Assembly (NCBI RefSeq): GCF_006345805.1
Contig: NC_043000.1
Location: forward strand, 31,558,001 to 31,622,000
Length of the DNA: 64,000 nucleotides
From: Octopus sinensis
Lineage: Eukaryota
Direction of reading: 5' to 3'
The notes beneath the pieces are model-generated. The model ran no database searches and was not told the origin of the DNA. It saw nothing but the letters and a program-made list of their open reading frames with translations. Shown piece after piece: positions 63,490 through 64,000 of the stretch. Numbering within the stretch: the first letter of the stretch is position 1; each line of letters opens with the position of its first letter. The translations under genes were made by a program, and so were the position numbers.

Positions 63490-64000
63490 TACCATCTTTC
63501 CTCCAAACATGGCTACGCGAATTTCGTCCAAACAATTCAGTTTTCGACTCGTCTGTCCATAGAACATTTTCCCAGAATGTATCAGATTTATCTTTATGTT
63601 CATAAACAAATTTTAAACGGGTATCTCTATGCCTTTTAGACAACAGTGGAGTTTTTCTAGGAGAGCGTGACTTCAGTTCATTCCTATGAAGTTCATTGCT
63701 GATTGTTAGTAGTGTAACATTAGTCCCTGAAGCTAACAAATCTTCTAGCAACTCCTTTCTGGTGATCATTGCATTTTTTCTTTTTTCGATTCTTCGCTTC
63801 ATTTTTCTTAAAGACCAGGGAAAATCTTGCATGGTGCACCGGATCTTATTCTGTTTTCAACAGTTCCCGATTTTTTTTATATCTTTGAATAAATGAAGAT
63901 ATGGTAGAAAATGGAATACGAAGGACTCTGATATTTTCCTGTAACTTTTACTTTCTTTCCACTGTTCAATAATTAAGTTTTCCACTGAATTTCTGAGTTC
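63490..64000 (-). mobile_element. Tc1-family transposase N-terminal fragment (HTH to first catalytic D)
   Basis: ITRKELLEDL...SRSPRKTPLLSKRHRDTRLKFVYEH...WENVLWTDESKTELFG. An HTH-like segment lies upstream. The fragment ends against a family C SINE head. Confidence 0.85.

Noticed and set aside
1-64000. CRISPR array, Fanzor/TnpB or other prokaryote-type system
   Set aside because: No regularly spaced repeat-spacer array and no RuvC-like or other long ORF were found; the sequence is eukaryotic repeat-rich DNA.

Overview
AT-rich, microsatellite-dense animal genomic DNA. The SINE families look like those of Octopus/coleoid cephalopods (recognised from memory, not searched). The only host coding sequence found is one internal exon (33001-33294, +) of a cyclic-nucleotide-gated (CNGA-like) channel, so most of the window is probably intron. 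The rest is decayed mobile DNA: R4/Dong-like RLE LINEs, CR1/RTE/Jockey-like LINEs, at least four tRNA-derived SINE families, Penelope-like elements (PLEs), Tc1/mariner, Helitron/Helentron pieces and a foldback element. The main result is a set of about 14 type-I hammerhead ribozyme (HHR)-like motifs of PLE pseudo-LTR type. Six of them lie in three divergent inverted-repeat cassettes. One cassette (6178-6660) encloses a near-complete 5S rRNA between two 177-bp HHR-bearing arms, with a 7-nt junction microhomology suggesting template jumping plus cDNA snap-back. A recurring HHR family has a non-canonical CUGU(A/G)GA core. All alignments and folds were done by eye.
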